Below, piece by piece: positions 38,268-47,885 of a stretch of DNA of 64,000 nt. The stretch is from Bradymonadia bacterium. Its GTDB lineage: Bacteria; Myxococcota_A; Bradymonadia; UBA7976; UBA1532. The stretch is from contig JBILLN010000007.1 of NCBI GenBank assembly GCA_044376085.1, positions 33,027-97,026 on the forward strand, written 5' to 3'. Every line of letters begins with the position of its first letter. Within the stretch, counting starts at the first letter, position 1. The notes beneath the pieces were generated by a model that did not search any database, was not told the origin of the DNA, and saw only the letters and a list, made by a program, of their open reading frames with translations. Both the position numbers and the translations under genes were made by a program.

Positions 38268-40297
38268 CTCGCCGCCAAACACGCATTTCGGCGGCCTTGC
38301 TGCTGCTGCTGACGACCGCCTGCGGCGATGACGGCGGCACCGCCACGGACGCCCCCGAAGGCGCCGGCGGCGGCTCGGACCAAGGCGCATCCGCCGGCGG
38401 AGACGCCCCCGACGCCGCCGAAGCGGGCGGTGGCGGGGCGACCGGCGGTGCGGGCGGTGGCGAGGTCGGCGGCAGCGGCGGCAGCGGCGGCGCGGGCGGT
38501 CAACCCACCTGCACGACGCAGTACCGCTACGATCCGGCGGCCGAGACCGAGCTGACGACCTTCCCCGACGACTACTACACCGTGGACGCCGAGGACGCGC
38601 CCACGGGGCTTCGCGTCGACACCTCCGGCGCCCCGTGGCGCGGTGGGGTCGTCCGCGCGCTCGTCCGTGTGTTCGAGGACCTCGACACGCTCGACGGCTT
38701 CGGGGTCAGCGCCGGGATCGTCTTGCGCTTCACGGCGCCCATCGCCGAGGTCGCCGGCGGCCCTGCGACCGCGACCGAGGGGCCGGTCGAGCTCTGGGCG
38801 CTCGGGGACGCCCCCCGGCGCATCCCGTTCGAGGTGCAGACGGCCGACGCCGGGGCGACGCTCATCCTCCGGCCGATGGCGCCCCTGCCCTCACGGACAC
38901 GGGCGGGCGTCGTCGTGCGACGGGGTCTCCCGGCGGCGGACGGCGGCTGCATCGCGCCGTCTCCGGCGTTGGTCTCCACGCTCGACGGCACGACGTCGAC
39001 GCCGGGGCTGGCGCGCCTGACGGGGCGTTACGACGAACTGCTGGCCGCGGCCGACGTCGAAGCCGCCGAAGTCGCCGCGGCCGTCGTCTTCACGACCCAG
39101 AGCACGACGGCGCTGTCCGAAGCGGTGTCGGCCCGGGTTCAGGCGTCGAACCCGGATTGGCTCGGTGCGCCGACCTGCACGGAGGGCGCCTTGGTCGTGA
39201 CCTGCCAGGGCCGCGCGATGCTCGACGATTATCGCACGGGTGATGTCATCGACGATGCGGAGCCGGACGGTCGGTACGAGGTCCCGTTCACGGTCTGGCT
39301 GCCCAAGGACCGGCCGGGCCCCGTGCCCCTCGTCGTTTTCGGGCACGGCCTCGGCGGCGCGCGGGACAATGCGGAGGGTCTGGCCGATGCGCTCGCCCCC
39401 GAGGGGTTTGCGGTGTTCGCGGTCGATGCCCTCGGACATGGCCAGCACCCCACGGCACCGCCCGGCAATGATCCGTTCGCGCTGATCCAGTTCCTGGGCC
39501 TCGACGTGGGCACCCAGCAGGTCTATGCGCGGCGGATCCGCGACAACTTCCGCCAGAGCGCGTTCGACAAGCTGCAGCTCCTCCGCATCCTCGACGCTCA
39601 CCCGGACGTGGACGCCGATGGCACGCCGGACCTGGACCTCGCCCGGGTGCTGTACTGGGGCGTGAGCCTCGGCGGCATCATGGGCGCGGAGCCGTTGGCC
39701 CTCGATCCCCACTACAGTGCGGGCATCCTGACCGTCGCCGGGGCGCGGCTGATCGACATCGTGGCGGAGGCCCCCGCGTTCGGTCAGTTCCAGCCGTTCC
39801 TGAAGAGCTTCGCGGGGGGCGCGGACGCCCTGGCGCGGGCCGTCCCGGTCATTCAAACCGTGGTGGACGCGGGCGATCCGGTGGCGTACGCGCCGCACGT
39901 CCTCGGGGACCGCCTTCCAGCGGGCGGTGAGCGCCGGCCCCACGTCCTGCAGACGATGGCCATCGGAGACGAGATCGTCTACAACCCGTCCAACCGCATG
40001 CTGGCCCGGGCGCTCCGCCTGCCGCACGTGCCGCCGGTGCTCCAGGAGGTCGGCCTCCTCGAGGTTTCGGGTCCGGCGCCGTTGACCGGCAACGCCGACG
40101 GCATCACCGCTGGTCTCTTTCAGTACGATCGCGTGCGGATGAGTCAGAACGGTCGCCCCGTGGCGGCGTCCCACGACAATGCGTTCGGCATGGAGCCCAT
40201 CACGCAGATGTTCACGTTCCTGTCGTCCTGGGCGGCGGACGGCACGCCCACCCTCATCGACCCCTACACAGAGCTGGAGACGCCCCCGCTGCCGTGA
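38264..40297 (+). CDS. Large secreted alpha/beta-hydrolase lipoprotein
   Basis: ATGA overlap with the upstream gene; lipobox LLTTACG; nucleophile elbow GVSLGG; HGLGG oxyanion region. Confidence 0.7.
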   Translation: MTRRQTRISAALLLLLTTACGDDGGTATDAPEGAGGGSDQGASAGGDAPDAAEAGGGGATGGAGGGEVGGSGGSGGAGGQPTCTTQYRYDPAAETELTTFPDDYYTVDAEDAPTGLRVDTSGAPWRGGVVRALVRVFEDLDTLDGFGVSAGIVLRFTAPIAEVAGGPATATEGPVELWALGDAPRRIPFEVQTADAGATLILRPMAPLPSRTRAGVVVRRGLPAADGGCIAPSPALVSTLDGTTSTPGLARLTGRYDELLAAADVEAAEVAAAVVFTTQSTTALSEAVSARVQASNPDWLGAPTCTEGALVVTCQGRAMLDDYRTGDVIDDAEPDGRYEVPFTVWLPKDRPGPVPLVVFGHGLGGARDNAEGLADALAPEGFAVFAVDALGHGQHPTAPPGNDPFALIQFLGLDVGTQQVYARRIRDNFRQSAFDKLQLLRILDAHPDVDADGTPDLDLARVLYWGVSLGGIMGAEPLALDPHYSAGILTVAGARLIDIVAEAPAFGQFQPFLKSFAGGADALARAVPVIQTVVDAGDPVAYAPHVLGDRLPAGGERRPHVLQTMAIGDEIVYNPSNRMLARALRLPHVPPVLQEVGLLEVSGPAPLTGNADGITAGLFQYDRVRMSQNGRPVAASHDNAFGMEPITQMFTFLSSWAADGTPTLIDPYTELETPPLP

Positions 40298-40306
40298 CCG
40301 TGGGGT

Positions 40307-41488
40307 TCAGTTTCCGGTCGGCACGGGTGTCCGGGCGGGTCCGAGACTCGGGCGCGCGCTCCGCTGCCAGGCGAAACGTTCTCGCCAGGGGTCGGCCCGG
40401 CCGTCCACGACGTCGGCGGTGATGCGGCCGAGCAGGGGGGCGAACTTGAAGGCGTGCGCCGCTCCGCCCGTGGAGACGATGAGTCCGGGGTGTTCCGGAT
40501 CGGCGTCGATGAGGAAGTCGCCGTCGGCGGTCTCGGTGCTCGCGCACAGGCGCCGGGCGGCGATGCGGGCGGTGGCGAGCGCGGGCAGGTGACTCTCGAG
40601 GAAACGGCCGAGCGCGACCGTGAATCGATCGGGGACGTCGCGCGGACCATCGGGCTCGAGGGGCAGGCCCTCTCCATGACGCGCCACCTTCACGACGCCC
40701 TGGCGATTCGCCGGGAGCCCGTACCAACCGTCCTCGCCGAGATCCATCGCCCAGGGCGGCCAGCCCCGCCCTTGAAAGAGGGTCGGATCCGGCGGCAGCA
40801 GGTGGAAGACGGGCTGAGCGCGGGTGACCAGCCGCTCGGCCAGCCAGGGCATCAGACGCACCGTGTCGGACCCGGCGGTCACCAGGACGCGGTCGGCTCC
40901 GAGGCGTTCCCCGGAGGCCAGGTTCACGCCCCGGACGGCGCCCCCCACGGACCAGAGGTCCGTGACGGTGGTCTCCTCGCGCAGGCGGACGCCGGCACCG
41001 ACGGCCCGGCGCGCCCATGCAGCGACGGCGGCCCCGGCCTCCACCCATCCCCCCCGGGGGTTGAAGTATCCGTCGGCGACGTCGGCCCGGCTCCACGACG
41101 GAAAACTGCGCGCCAGGGCGCCGCGGTCGAGATGGCGCACCGGGCGGCCGAGGCGCTCCAGCATGCGGACGCTCTCGCTCACGAAACCGCCGGGTGTCCG
41201 GGGACGACGACTCAGCACCAGGACACCGTCGGCGTGGTAGACGGGCTCCCCGAGCCAGGCGGCGCTGTTCTCCCAGTCGCTGAGGCAGGCCTCGGCGAAC
41301 TGGGTGGAGAACGTGTCGCGCCCGTGGTCGGTCCGGACGATCTTGCCCAGGTCCGTGGACGCCGCCCCGGGGTTGGGGACGTGTCCTCGCTCGAGCAGCG
41401 TCACCCGATGCCCTCGCCGAGCGAGAACATCGGCCGCGGTGATTCCGAAGATACCAGCCCCGACGACCACGATGTTGAGCGGCCACAT
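40307..41488 (-). CDS. FAD-dependent oxidoreductase (DAO family; glycine/sarcosine oxidase-like)
   Basis: N-terminal Rossmann IVVVGAGIFGITAA; start trimmed to MWPLN. Confidence 0.8.
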   Translation of the reverse strand: MWPLNIVVVGAGIFGITAADVLARRGHRVTLLERGHVPNPGAASTDLGKIVRTDHGRDTFSTQFAEACLSDWENSAAWLGEPVYHADGVLVLSRRPRTPGGFVSESVRMLERLGRPVRHLDRGALARSFPSWSRADVADGYFNPRGGWVEAGAAVAAWARRAVGAGVRLREETTVTDLWSVGGAVRGVNLASGERLGADRVLVTAGSDTVRLMPWLAERLVTRAQPVFHLLPPDPTLFQGRGWPPWAMDLGEDGWYGLPANRQGVVKVARHGEGLPLEPDGPRDVPDRFTVALGRFLESHLPALATARIAARRLCASTETADGDFLIDADPEHPGLIVSTGGAAHAFKFAPLLGRITADVVDGRADPWRERFAWQRSARPSLGPARTPVPTGN

Positions 41489-41532
41489 GCCCGCTACCCT
41501 GCGCACGAAAACGAGCGATGCCCAGCCGCGAT

Positions 41533-43035
41533 CTAATCCAGGACAAGTGGGACGGCAAAAATACACCAGAAAGCCGCCATGACCGCCCCGAGGAGGTCGA
41601 GTACGACCCCGGTGCGGACCATCTGCGCGACGGTCACGAAGCCCGTGCCGAATACGATGGCGTTCGGCGGGGTCCCCGCCGGCAGGGCGAAGTCGAGGGA
41701 GGCCGCGATGGTCGACGCGAAGAGCACGGTGCTCAGGTTCGCGGCGGGCACGGCGTCGCGGAGCACGTTGAGCATCACGCCCGTCGTCGCGGTGTTCGAG
41801 GCGACGGCGGTGAGGCCCACGGTGACGAAGGTGGCGACCAGCACCTGCTGGGTCGGGTCGAGGGCGGCGACCGCGCCGAGGCGGCTGCCGATCCAGATCG
41901 ACAGGCCGCTCTGCTGCACACCGTGGGCCATCGAGAAGGCCCCGCCGAGGAGCACCAGCGTGTCCCAGGGCACGAAACGGAGGGAGCGGATCGCGAGCAC
42001 GGGCTGCCCGCCGGTTCGGAGCAGAAGGAGCGCGACCAGGGCGGTCATCGCGATCCCGCCCTCGACGTGGGCCGCCGTCACGGTCCACCCGAACGCGTCC
42101 GCCAACGGGGGCGCAAGGAGACCGTGCAGGGGGCGGCCGGCCATCCAGAGGCCGGCGGTCACGACGAAAACGAAGAGGACCACCCCCTCACCCCGGGCGA
42201 TGGGCCCGAGCGCGCGGTGTTCGGCGGAGACGACGGCCGCGCCCACGTCGGCCCCGGGGGCGTCGCGTCGACCGGCCAGCCACAGGACCGCCCAGGTCAC
42301 CGGGAGCATGAGCATCACGAAGGGCAGACCGACGGCCATGAAGTCCAGAAACCCCACCTCCACCCCGACGGTGCGCTCCATGAACTGCGCGAACTGGGCG
42401 TTGGGGGCGGTCCCGATCTTGGTGCCGATGCCGCCGACGTTGGCGCCGTAAGCCACGGCGAGCAAGAGCGCGGCCCCGTACGCGGTCATTCGACCTGGGC
42501 CGATCTGGCGTTCCAGCGCCGTGGCCACGGCCAGCGCGATGGGCACCATCATCGCGGCGGTGGCGGTATTGGAAATCCAGAGGGAAACGAAGGCGGAACC
42601 GCAGAGGATGCCGAGCAGAAGCCGGCGGGGATCGGTCCCCAGGAAGGCCATGATGCCGACGGCGAGGCGTCGGTGCAGGCCCCACTGCTGCATGGCCGCG
42701 GCGATGCCCATGCCGCCCAGAAAGAGGAAGATGTACGGGTCGACGTAGGGACCGAGGGTCGTCGCGAGGTCCGCGCCCGGGCCCTGCCCGAAGACGCCCA
42801 GGACGGGGAAGAGCAGGAGGGGCAGGCAGGCCGTGAGGGTGATCGGCAGCGCCTCGGTGAGCCAGAAGAACGCCATCAGACCCGTGACGGCGGCAGCGCG
42901 GGCGGGCCGGTCGCCGTAGGTGCCGAAGCCGTGGAGCGGGGTCTCGATCGTCAGCAGCGCGACGAAGAAGGCGACCCCCAGGGTGAAGGGGACGGGGCGG
43001 ACGCGCGCCCGCCAGGGCGGGGGCGGCGGTGGCAC
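41533..43035 (-). CDS. DASS/SLC13 family anion:sodium symporter
   Basis: Polytopic membrane protein with DASS-like motifs (GGMGIAAAM, SNTATAAMM repeated in both halves); start uncertain. Confidence 0.7.
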   Translation of the reverse strand: MPPPPPPWRARVRPVPFTLGVAFFVALLTIETPLHGFGTYGDRPARAAAVTGLMAFFWLTEALPITLTACLPLLLFPVLGVFGQGPGADLATTLGPYVDPYIFLFLGGMGIAAAMQQWGLHRRLAVGIMAFLGTDPRRLLLGILCGSAFVSLWISNTATAAMMVPIALAVATALERQIGPGRMTAYGAALLLAVAYGANVGGIGTKIGTAPNAQFAQFMERTVGVEVGFLDFMAVGLPFVMLMLPVTWAVLWLAGRRDAPGADVGAAVVSAEHRALGPIARGEGVVLFVFVVTAGLWMAGRPLHGLLAPPLADAFGWTVTAAHVEGGIAMTALVALLLLRTGGQPVLAIRSLRFVPWDTLVLLGGAFSMAHGVQQSGLSIWIGSRLGAVAALDPTQQVLVATFVTVGLTAVASNTATTGVMLNVLRDAVPAANLSTVLFASTIAASLDFALPAGTPPNAIVFGTGFVTVAQMVRTGVVLDLLGAVMAAFWCIFAVPLVLD

Positions 43036-43036
43036 G

Positions 43037-45001
43037 TCAGCCCGGCTCGACGCAGAGGCGGACGCCGCCCGGCGTGACCCGCAGCGGCACGAGCAGGAGC
43101 CCGTGGGCATCCGCCGTCACCGGGCCCGCGCCCGGGGCCAGGCCGCCGCCACCGCCTCGGCCGCCACCGATCGCTGTGGCCACCGGGCGCCACTTCGACC
43201 CGGCAGCGGGCCGGAACGCCTGGGTCCGACGGGGCGTGACCTGCACGTCGACCGTTTGGCCGTCCGTGGTGCGCAGGCTCATGCACCAGCGGGTCGGCGT
43301 GTCCACCGGCCGCTCGTGCCAGGCGTGCCAGGAGGCGGACCACTCGAGATTCGTATTGTAGGTCGGCAGGGGCGCGGGCGGATCGGGCGGGGGCAGCGGG
43401 GCGTTGCCCGAGCTCGCGGAAAGCCCGGGCACCGTCTCGTCCTTTCGCACCGTGAAGCCCTTGAACGGCGCCAGGGAACGGTCGGCGCCGAGCGTGGGCG
43501 GCAGCCCGGCGAATGCGGCCCACGTGTGTTCGGCGTCGAGCATCGCGCCGGCCCAGGCGCGCCGCCCCGCGTCGAGATCGGCGTAGACCGGCCGGCCCTG
43601 GACGGGCCACGCGAGCACGGTGTCGAGGCGACCGTGGGACACGCCGAACGGCGCGACCTCGTCCGCGACGCGGCTGCGGATCTGGACCGCATGGCGCTGC
43701 CAGTCGTAGGCGGGCGTCCCGTCGTACCGCTCGAGCTTCGCCGCGCGGGCCTCGGGCCCCTCGGATCGGATACCGAGTCGCTGCTCGGGTCGCCCCCACT
43801 TGCTCACGATGTCCTTCGTCCACTGGGGATCGACCGCGGGATGGGTCATCGGCTGGCTCGCATAGGCGGCTGCGAAGACGTCCGGGTAGCGGGAAGCGAG
43901 CGCCAGGGCGCCATTGCCACCCATGGAGTGGCCCCAGACGTAGACCCGCTCCGGATCGACACTCGGGCCGAGCCGTGGGTCCCGGCGCAGATCGGCCAGC
44001 ATCCGCAGCACGCGTTGTTCGGTGTAGTTCACGACGACCGCGCCATCGGGGGGGGCGGGGCTGCGTCCGTAGTCGTGACCCTCGGCGAAACCGAACCACC
44101 ACGTTTCGCCAAAGTCCGTCGGGGTCAACTGAATCGCGCAGTAGTAAGGCGTCGCGGCCACCGGATCGCGGTAGGCCCCCCCGCCCCAGCCGTGCAGATT
44201 GACGAAGACGGGGAGCTGTCGGGGGACGCCGCTCGGGCAGCTGGCCGGCGCGGGCTCCGAGACCAGGTAGGTATAGGCGTAGGCCGGTTGCGCGGCGCCG
44301 GCGCCGAGGCCCAGGTGGCCGTTACCGGCCCGCGGCGCGTGGAACGTCGGGTTCCAGCGGCGCAGGTCCATGTACTGGACGTAGACGTGACCGAGCCCAT
44401 CGGGACCGGACCGAGCGCGCACGGCCTGCGGGGCCTCGACCTGTTCTTCGACGGGCGCGGCGGTGGCCCAGAGGGTCTCTTTGCCGTCGCCGGCATCGAA
44501 CGTCACGGCGTAGTGGGCCTGGCGTTTCGCGGCGCCGCCGAGATCCTCCGCGTGGACGGTGAAGACGTAGAGGCCGGTCTCCGGCGGCAGGGGCCCAGCA
44601 CTCTCGTCGATGACCCAGCGCTCGAGATACCGGGTGGACCAGCGCCCCTCGCGGTCGAGAAAGCGGTCGGTCGCGGCGCGGCCGGTGTCCGGGGGCAAGG
44701 TCTGCAGGCGAGTCGTGGCGTCGAGGGCGTCGAGCTGATCCGGGCCGAGCGGGGCGAGGGACCGGTAGACGCGAAAGCGACCGGTACCGCCCCGGCCGGC
44801 CTCGGGCCACGTCAGGAAGGTCTGGCCGGCCCGGTGGAGGGCCGTCGCGGTCTTCGGCGGGCCACCGACGGCGGGGCGCACCGGCCCTGGCGGTGGGGCG
44901 GCGGCTTCGGCCGTGCTCGGCCCCGCCTCGTGACCCCGGCAGGCACCGCCCGCCAGAAGCGCGGCGAGGACGGCCCAGCGACGGGGGGGGGCGGCGCGCA
45001 C
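43037..45001 (-). CDS. Secreted alpha/beta hydrolase (esterase/depolymerase-like) lipoprotein
   Basis: GHSMGG nucleophile elbow; lipobox LLAGGAC after a GTG start; the ORF N-terminus beyond this is Arg/Pro-rich artefact; start has low confidence. Confidence 0.6.
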   Translation of the reverse strand: MRAAPPRRWAVLAALLAGGACRGHEAGPSTAEAAAPPPGPVRPAVGGPPKTATALHRAGQTFLTWPEAGRGGTGRFRVYRSLAPLGPDQLDALDATTRLQTLPPDTGRAATDRFLDREGRWSTRYLERWVIDESAGPLPPETGLYVFTVHAEDLGGAAKRQAHYAVTFDAGDGKETLWATAAPVEEQVEAPQAVRARSGPDGLGHVYVQYMDLRRWNPTFHAPRAGNGHLGLGAGAAQPAYAYTYLVSEPAPASCPSGVPRQLPVFVNLHGWGGGAYRDPVAATPYYCAIQLTPTDFGETWWFGFAEGHDYGRSPAPPDGAVVVNYTEQRVLRMLADLRRDPRLGPSVDPERVYVWGHSMGGNGALALASRYPDVFAAAYASQPMTHPAVDPQWTKDIVSKWGRPEQRLGIRSEGPEARAAKLERYDGTPAYDWQRHAVQIRSRVADEVAPFGVSHGRLDTVLAWPVQGRPVYADLDAGRRAWAGAMLDAEHTWAAFAGLPPTLGADRSLAPFKGFTVRKDETVPGLSASSGNAPLPPPDPPAPLPTYNTNLEWSASWHAWHERPVDTPTRWCMSLRTTDGQTVDVQVTPRRTQAFRPAAGSKWRPVATAIGGGRGGGGGLAPGAGPVTADAHGLLLVPLRVTPGGVRLCVEPG

Positions 45002-45003
45002 GG

Positions 45004-45315
45004 TCAGGGCGTCGCGCGGTGGAGCGCGGTCGGGCAGCGCGAGGCCGCCGGGGCACTGCGCTCGAGCGTGGCCGCGACCGTCCGCCGGACGATCGGGTGC
45101 GGATCCGAGAGCATGGCCTCGAGGCGGCGCCGGCTGTCCGGGTCGTCCCGGCGGGCCAGCAGACGGGCTGCGGCCAGCCGCACCTTGTAGAACTCGCTTT
45201 GGGACAGGGTCATCGAGTCCCGCGCGCCGAGCGGGCGGGCGGCGGCGCCGAGGGCGGTGCCGGCGAGCAGAGCCGAGCCGATCCAGAGGGTCCAACTGCG
45301 AAGGGCGGTCTTCAT
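45004..45315 (-). CDS. Small secreted protein with a HEAT/PBS-lyase-like repeat
   Basis: Signal peptide MKTALRSWTLWIGSALLAGTALGAAA; DPHPIVRRTVAATL repeat; stop lies 2 nt before the downstream hydrolase start; GC3-rich. Confidence 0.4.
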   Translation of the reverse strand: MKTALRSWTLWIGSALLAGTALGAAARPLGARDSMTLSQSEFYKVRLAAARLLARRDDPDSRRRLEAMLSDPHPIVRRTVAATLERSAPAASRCPTALHRATP

Positions 45316-45457
45316 GGTGCTCCCGGTGGGTCGCTGTCCGTTGAGGTCGTTCTTACACCTACATCATGCGTCGGCGAACGGAAAAAGTGAAAAAAATGGG
45401 CCGCAGGGCCGTGTCGCGGTCTCGTTCGGCGGGCCTCGGGCGTATGCTTCAACGGTC

Positions 45458-46294
45458 ATGGAGAGTGCAGCGCCCATGCTCGTCCGTTCACCGACCCTCC
45501 GCCACCGCGTGACCGCGTTCGTCGCCGCCCTGCTGGCGGGCGGTTGCGTCGGTGACTTTCCCGAGCGGGCGGAAGCTGTCTCGGACGCCCGCGCCGAGGG
45601 ACTCGACGCCAGTGACGCGGCGGACCGGTTGCCCGCGCCGGACGCGGCGCCGGCGCCCGATGTCGCACCGGTCCCGGATGCACCGGCCACGGTGGCCCCA
45701 CCGCCGGACGCGGCGGTGCTTCCGCCGGACGCCGCCGTGACCCGGTCGGAGGTCTGCAACGGCCTCGACGACGACGAAAACGGCGAGGTGGACGACGGCG
45801 CGGACGCCGACTGCCTCCGTCGCTACATCGGCCGTCCGATCTGCCTCGAGGGTGTCTGCAAGGTCTGCGTAGAGGGCACCAACCAGGGATGCCCGACGGG
45901 GTTCACCTGCCTCGGCGAAGAGGAGAACAACCTCTGCGCGCAATGCACCCCGCAGGACAATCACTGCCCTGGGGATGCTCCGTACTGCAGCCCGATGGAT
46001 CTCGTCTGCATCCCGTGCCCGGAGCGCGCCCTCTACGGCCACAACCAGGTGGCGCAGCGGTGCCGCGACGATCACTTCGACGGGCATTGCGAGTTCCTGT
46101 TCCGAACGCCCGCGGGGACGGTCAACACCTGCGAGAATCTGTGTCTCGCCGTCGGCATGCGGTGTGCCCGCGCGTTCTCCGAAGACGACGACGTCGTCGA
46201 GAACCCGAGTGACGGGCCGGTGTGTCGACCGGGTCTCGAAGCCGAGTGCACCAGCACTCGCCAGGGGAATCTCGTCTGTGACTGCACTCAGTGA
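45458..46294 (+). CDS. Cys-rich repeat lipoprotein (Myxococcales-type)
   Basis: Lipobox LLAGGC; Pro/Ala/Asp linker; multiple CxxxC-rich repeats (CLEGVCKVCVEG..., CAQCTPQDNHCPGD...). Confidence 0.65.
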   Translation: MESAAPMLVRSPTLRHRVTAFVAALLAGGCVGDFPERAEAVSDARAEGLDASDAADRLPAPDAAPAPDVAPVPDAPATVAPPPDAAVLPPDAAVTRSEVCNGLDDDENGEVDDGADADCLRRYIGRPICLEGVCKVCVEGTNQGCPTGFTCLGEEENNLCAQCTPQDNHCPGDAPYCSPMDLVCIPCPERALYGHNQVAQRCRDDHFDGHCEFLFRTPAGTVNTCENLCLAVGMRCARAFSEDDDVVENPSDGPVCRPGLEAECTSTRQGNLVCDCTQ

Positions 46295-47882
46295 GACCGG
46301 AACGGTCGATGACTACCTGATCATCGGCTCGGGGTTCGGCGGCAGCGTGAGCGCGCTGCGCCTCGTCGAGAAGGGGTACCGTGTCCGCGTGCTCGAGAAG
46401 GGCAGGCGGCTCGGGGCCGACGACTTCCCGCGCACGAACTGGCAGGTGCCGCGCTGGTTGTGGATGCCCGGATTGGGCTTTCGCGGTCTGTTCAAGATGA
46501 CGTTTCTGCCGCACCTCACGGCGCTCTCGGGCGTGGGGGTCGGGGGCGGCTCGCTGGTCTACGCGAACACGCTGCCCATCCCCAAGCGGCCGTTCTTCGA
46601 GTCGGGCACCTGGGCGGGGCTCGCCGACTGGCAGACCGAGCTCGCGCCCCACTACGAGACGGCCCTGCGGATGCTCGGCGCGGCGCCCAACCCTCGCCTC
46701 ACCTGGCCGGACGAAGTGCTCCGCGAGATCGGGCAGGACATCGGCCGGGCCGAGGGGTTCGAGCCGACGCGGGTCGCCGTGCACTTCGGAGAGCCGGGGC
46801 GGACGGTGCCGGATCCGTACTTCGGAGGCCTCGGCCCGGCGCGGACGGGCTGCACGTTCTGCGGCGGCTGCATGCTGGGCTGCCGGCACGGTGCCAAGAA
46901 CACGCTGGACAAGAACTACCTGTACCTGGCGGAGCGCGGCGGGGCCGTCGTCGAGCCCGATACGGAGGTTATCGACGTGCGACCGGCGCCCGGCGGTGGG
47001 TACGACGTGACGGCCCTGCACGGGACGTCGGCGCTGCGGCCCGAGCTCGAGACACGCCGGTACGCTGCCCGCAACGTCATCTTCGCCGGTGGCGTGCTCG
47101 GCACGGTCGAGCTGCTGCTGCGCCTCCGCGCAAGCGGCGCGCTCCCGAACCTCAGCCCGCGCCTGGGGGACTACGTCCGCACCAACTCCGAGGTCCTGAT
47201 GGGCGTCGTCCGCCTGAAGGGCGACCGGGATCTGTCTCAGGGCGTCGCCATCGGTTCCATTCTCCACACCGACGAACGATCGCACCTCGAACCCGTGCGA
47301 TATCCGGCGGGTGCGGGGTTCTTTCGCACGCTGGCGCTGCCCCACGCCCCAGGCGAGACGGTCGCGCGGCGCCTGGCGCACGCGACGGGCGCGTTCCTGC
47401 GCAATCCCCTGCGTGCCTTGCGCGCGTTCACCGTGGCGGACTGGGCGAAACAGACCATGATCCTGCTGTACATGCGTTCCGAGGAAGGCCATCTGCGCCT
47501 TCGGTTGGGGCGCGCGGTTCAGACCGGTTTCCGGCGGGGCCTCGTGACCGAGACCGGCGATGGCCTGGCGCCGAAGGCCTCGCTCCCCGAGGCGACCGAA
47601 CTCGGCGAACGCGTCGCCCGAAAGATCGACGGTTTTCCGCAGAGTATTCTGACGGAGACGCTGTTCGGTGTGCCGACGACGGCGCACATTCTCGGCGGGG
47701 CGGTCATCGGCGGCACGGCAGACCACGGTGTCATCGATGCCCGCCACCGTGTCTTCGGCTACGACGGCCTGTATGCCATCGACGGCTCGGCGATGTCGGC
47801 GAATCCCGGTGTGAACCCCTCGCTCAGCATTACCGCGATGGCCGAACGCGCCATGGCGGCCATCCCGCCCCGCCGGGGGTGA
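46278..47882 (+). CDS. GMC family FAD-dependent oxidoreductase (cholesterol oxidase-like)
   Basis: N-terminal DYLIIGSGFGGSVSALRL Rossmann motif; C-terminal GMC His/Asn region; GTG start overlaps the upstream gene. Confidence 0.8.
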   Translation: MTALSETGTVDDYLIIGSGFGGSVSALRLVEKGYRVRVLEKGRRLGADDFPRTNWQVPRWLWMPGLGFRGLFKMTFLPHLTALSGVGVGGGSLVYANTLPIPKRPFFESGTWAGLADWQTELAPHYETALRMLGAAPNPRLTWPDEVLREIGQDIGRAEGFEPTRVAVHFGEPGRTVPDPYFGGLGPARTGCTFCGGCMLGCRHGAKNTLDKNYLYLAERGGAVVEPDTEVIDVRPAPGGGYDVTALHGTSALRPELETRRYAARNVIFAGGVLGTVELLLRLRASGALPNLSPRLGDYVRTNSEVLMGVVRLKGDRDLSQGVAIGSILHTDERSHLEPVRYPAGAGFFRTLALPHAPGETVARRLAHATGAFLRNPLRALRAFTVADWAKQTMILLYMRSEEGHLRLRLGRAVQTGFRRGLVTETGDGLAPKASLPEATELGERVARKIDGFPQSILTETLFGVPTTAHILGGAVIGGTADHGVIDARHRVFGYDGLYAIDGSAMSANPGVNPSLSITAMAERAMAAIPPRRG

Positions 47883-47885
47883 CGG

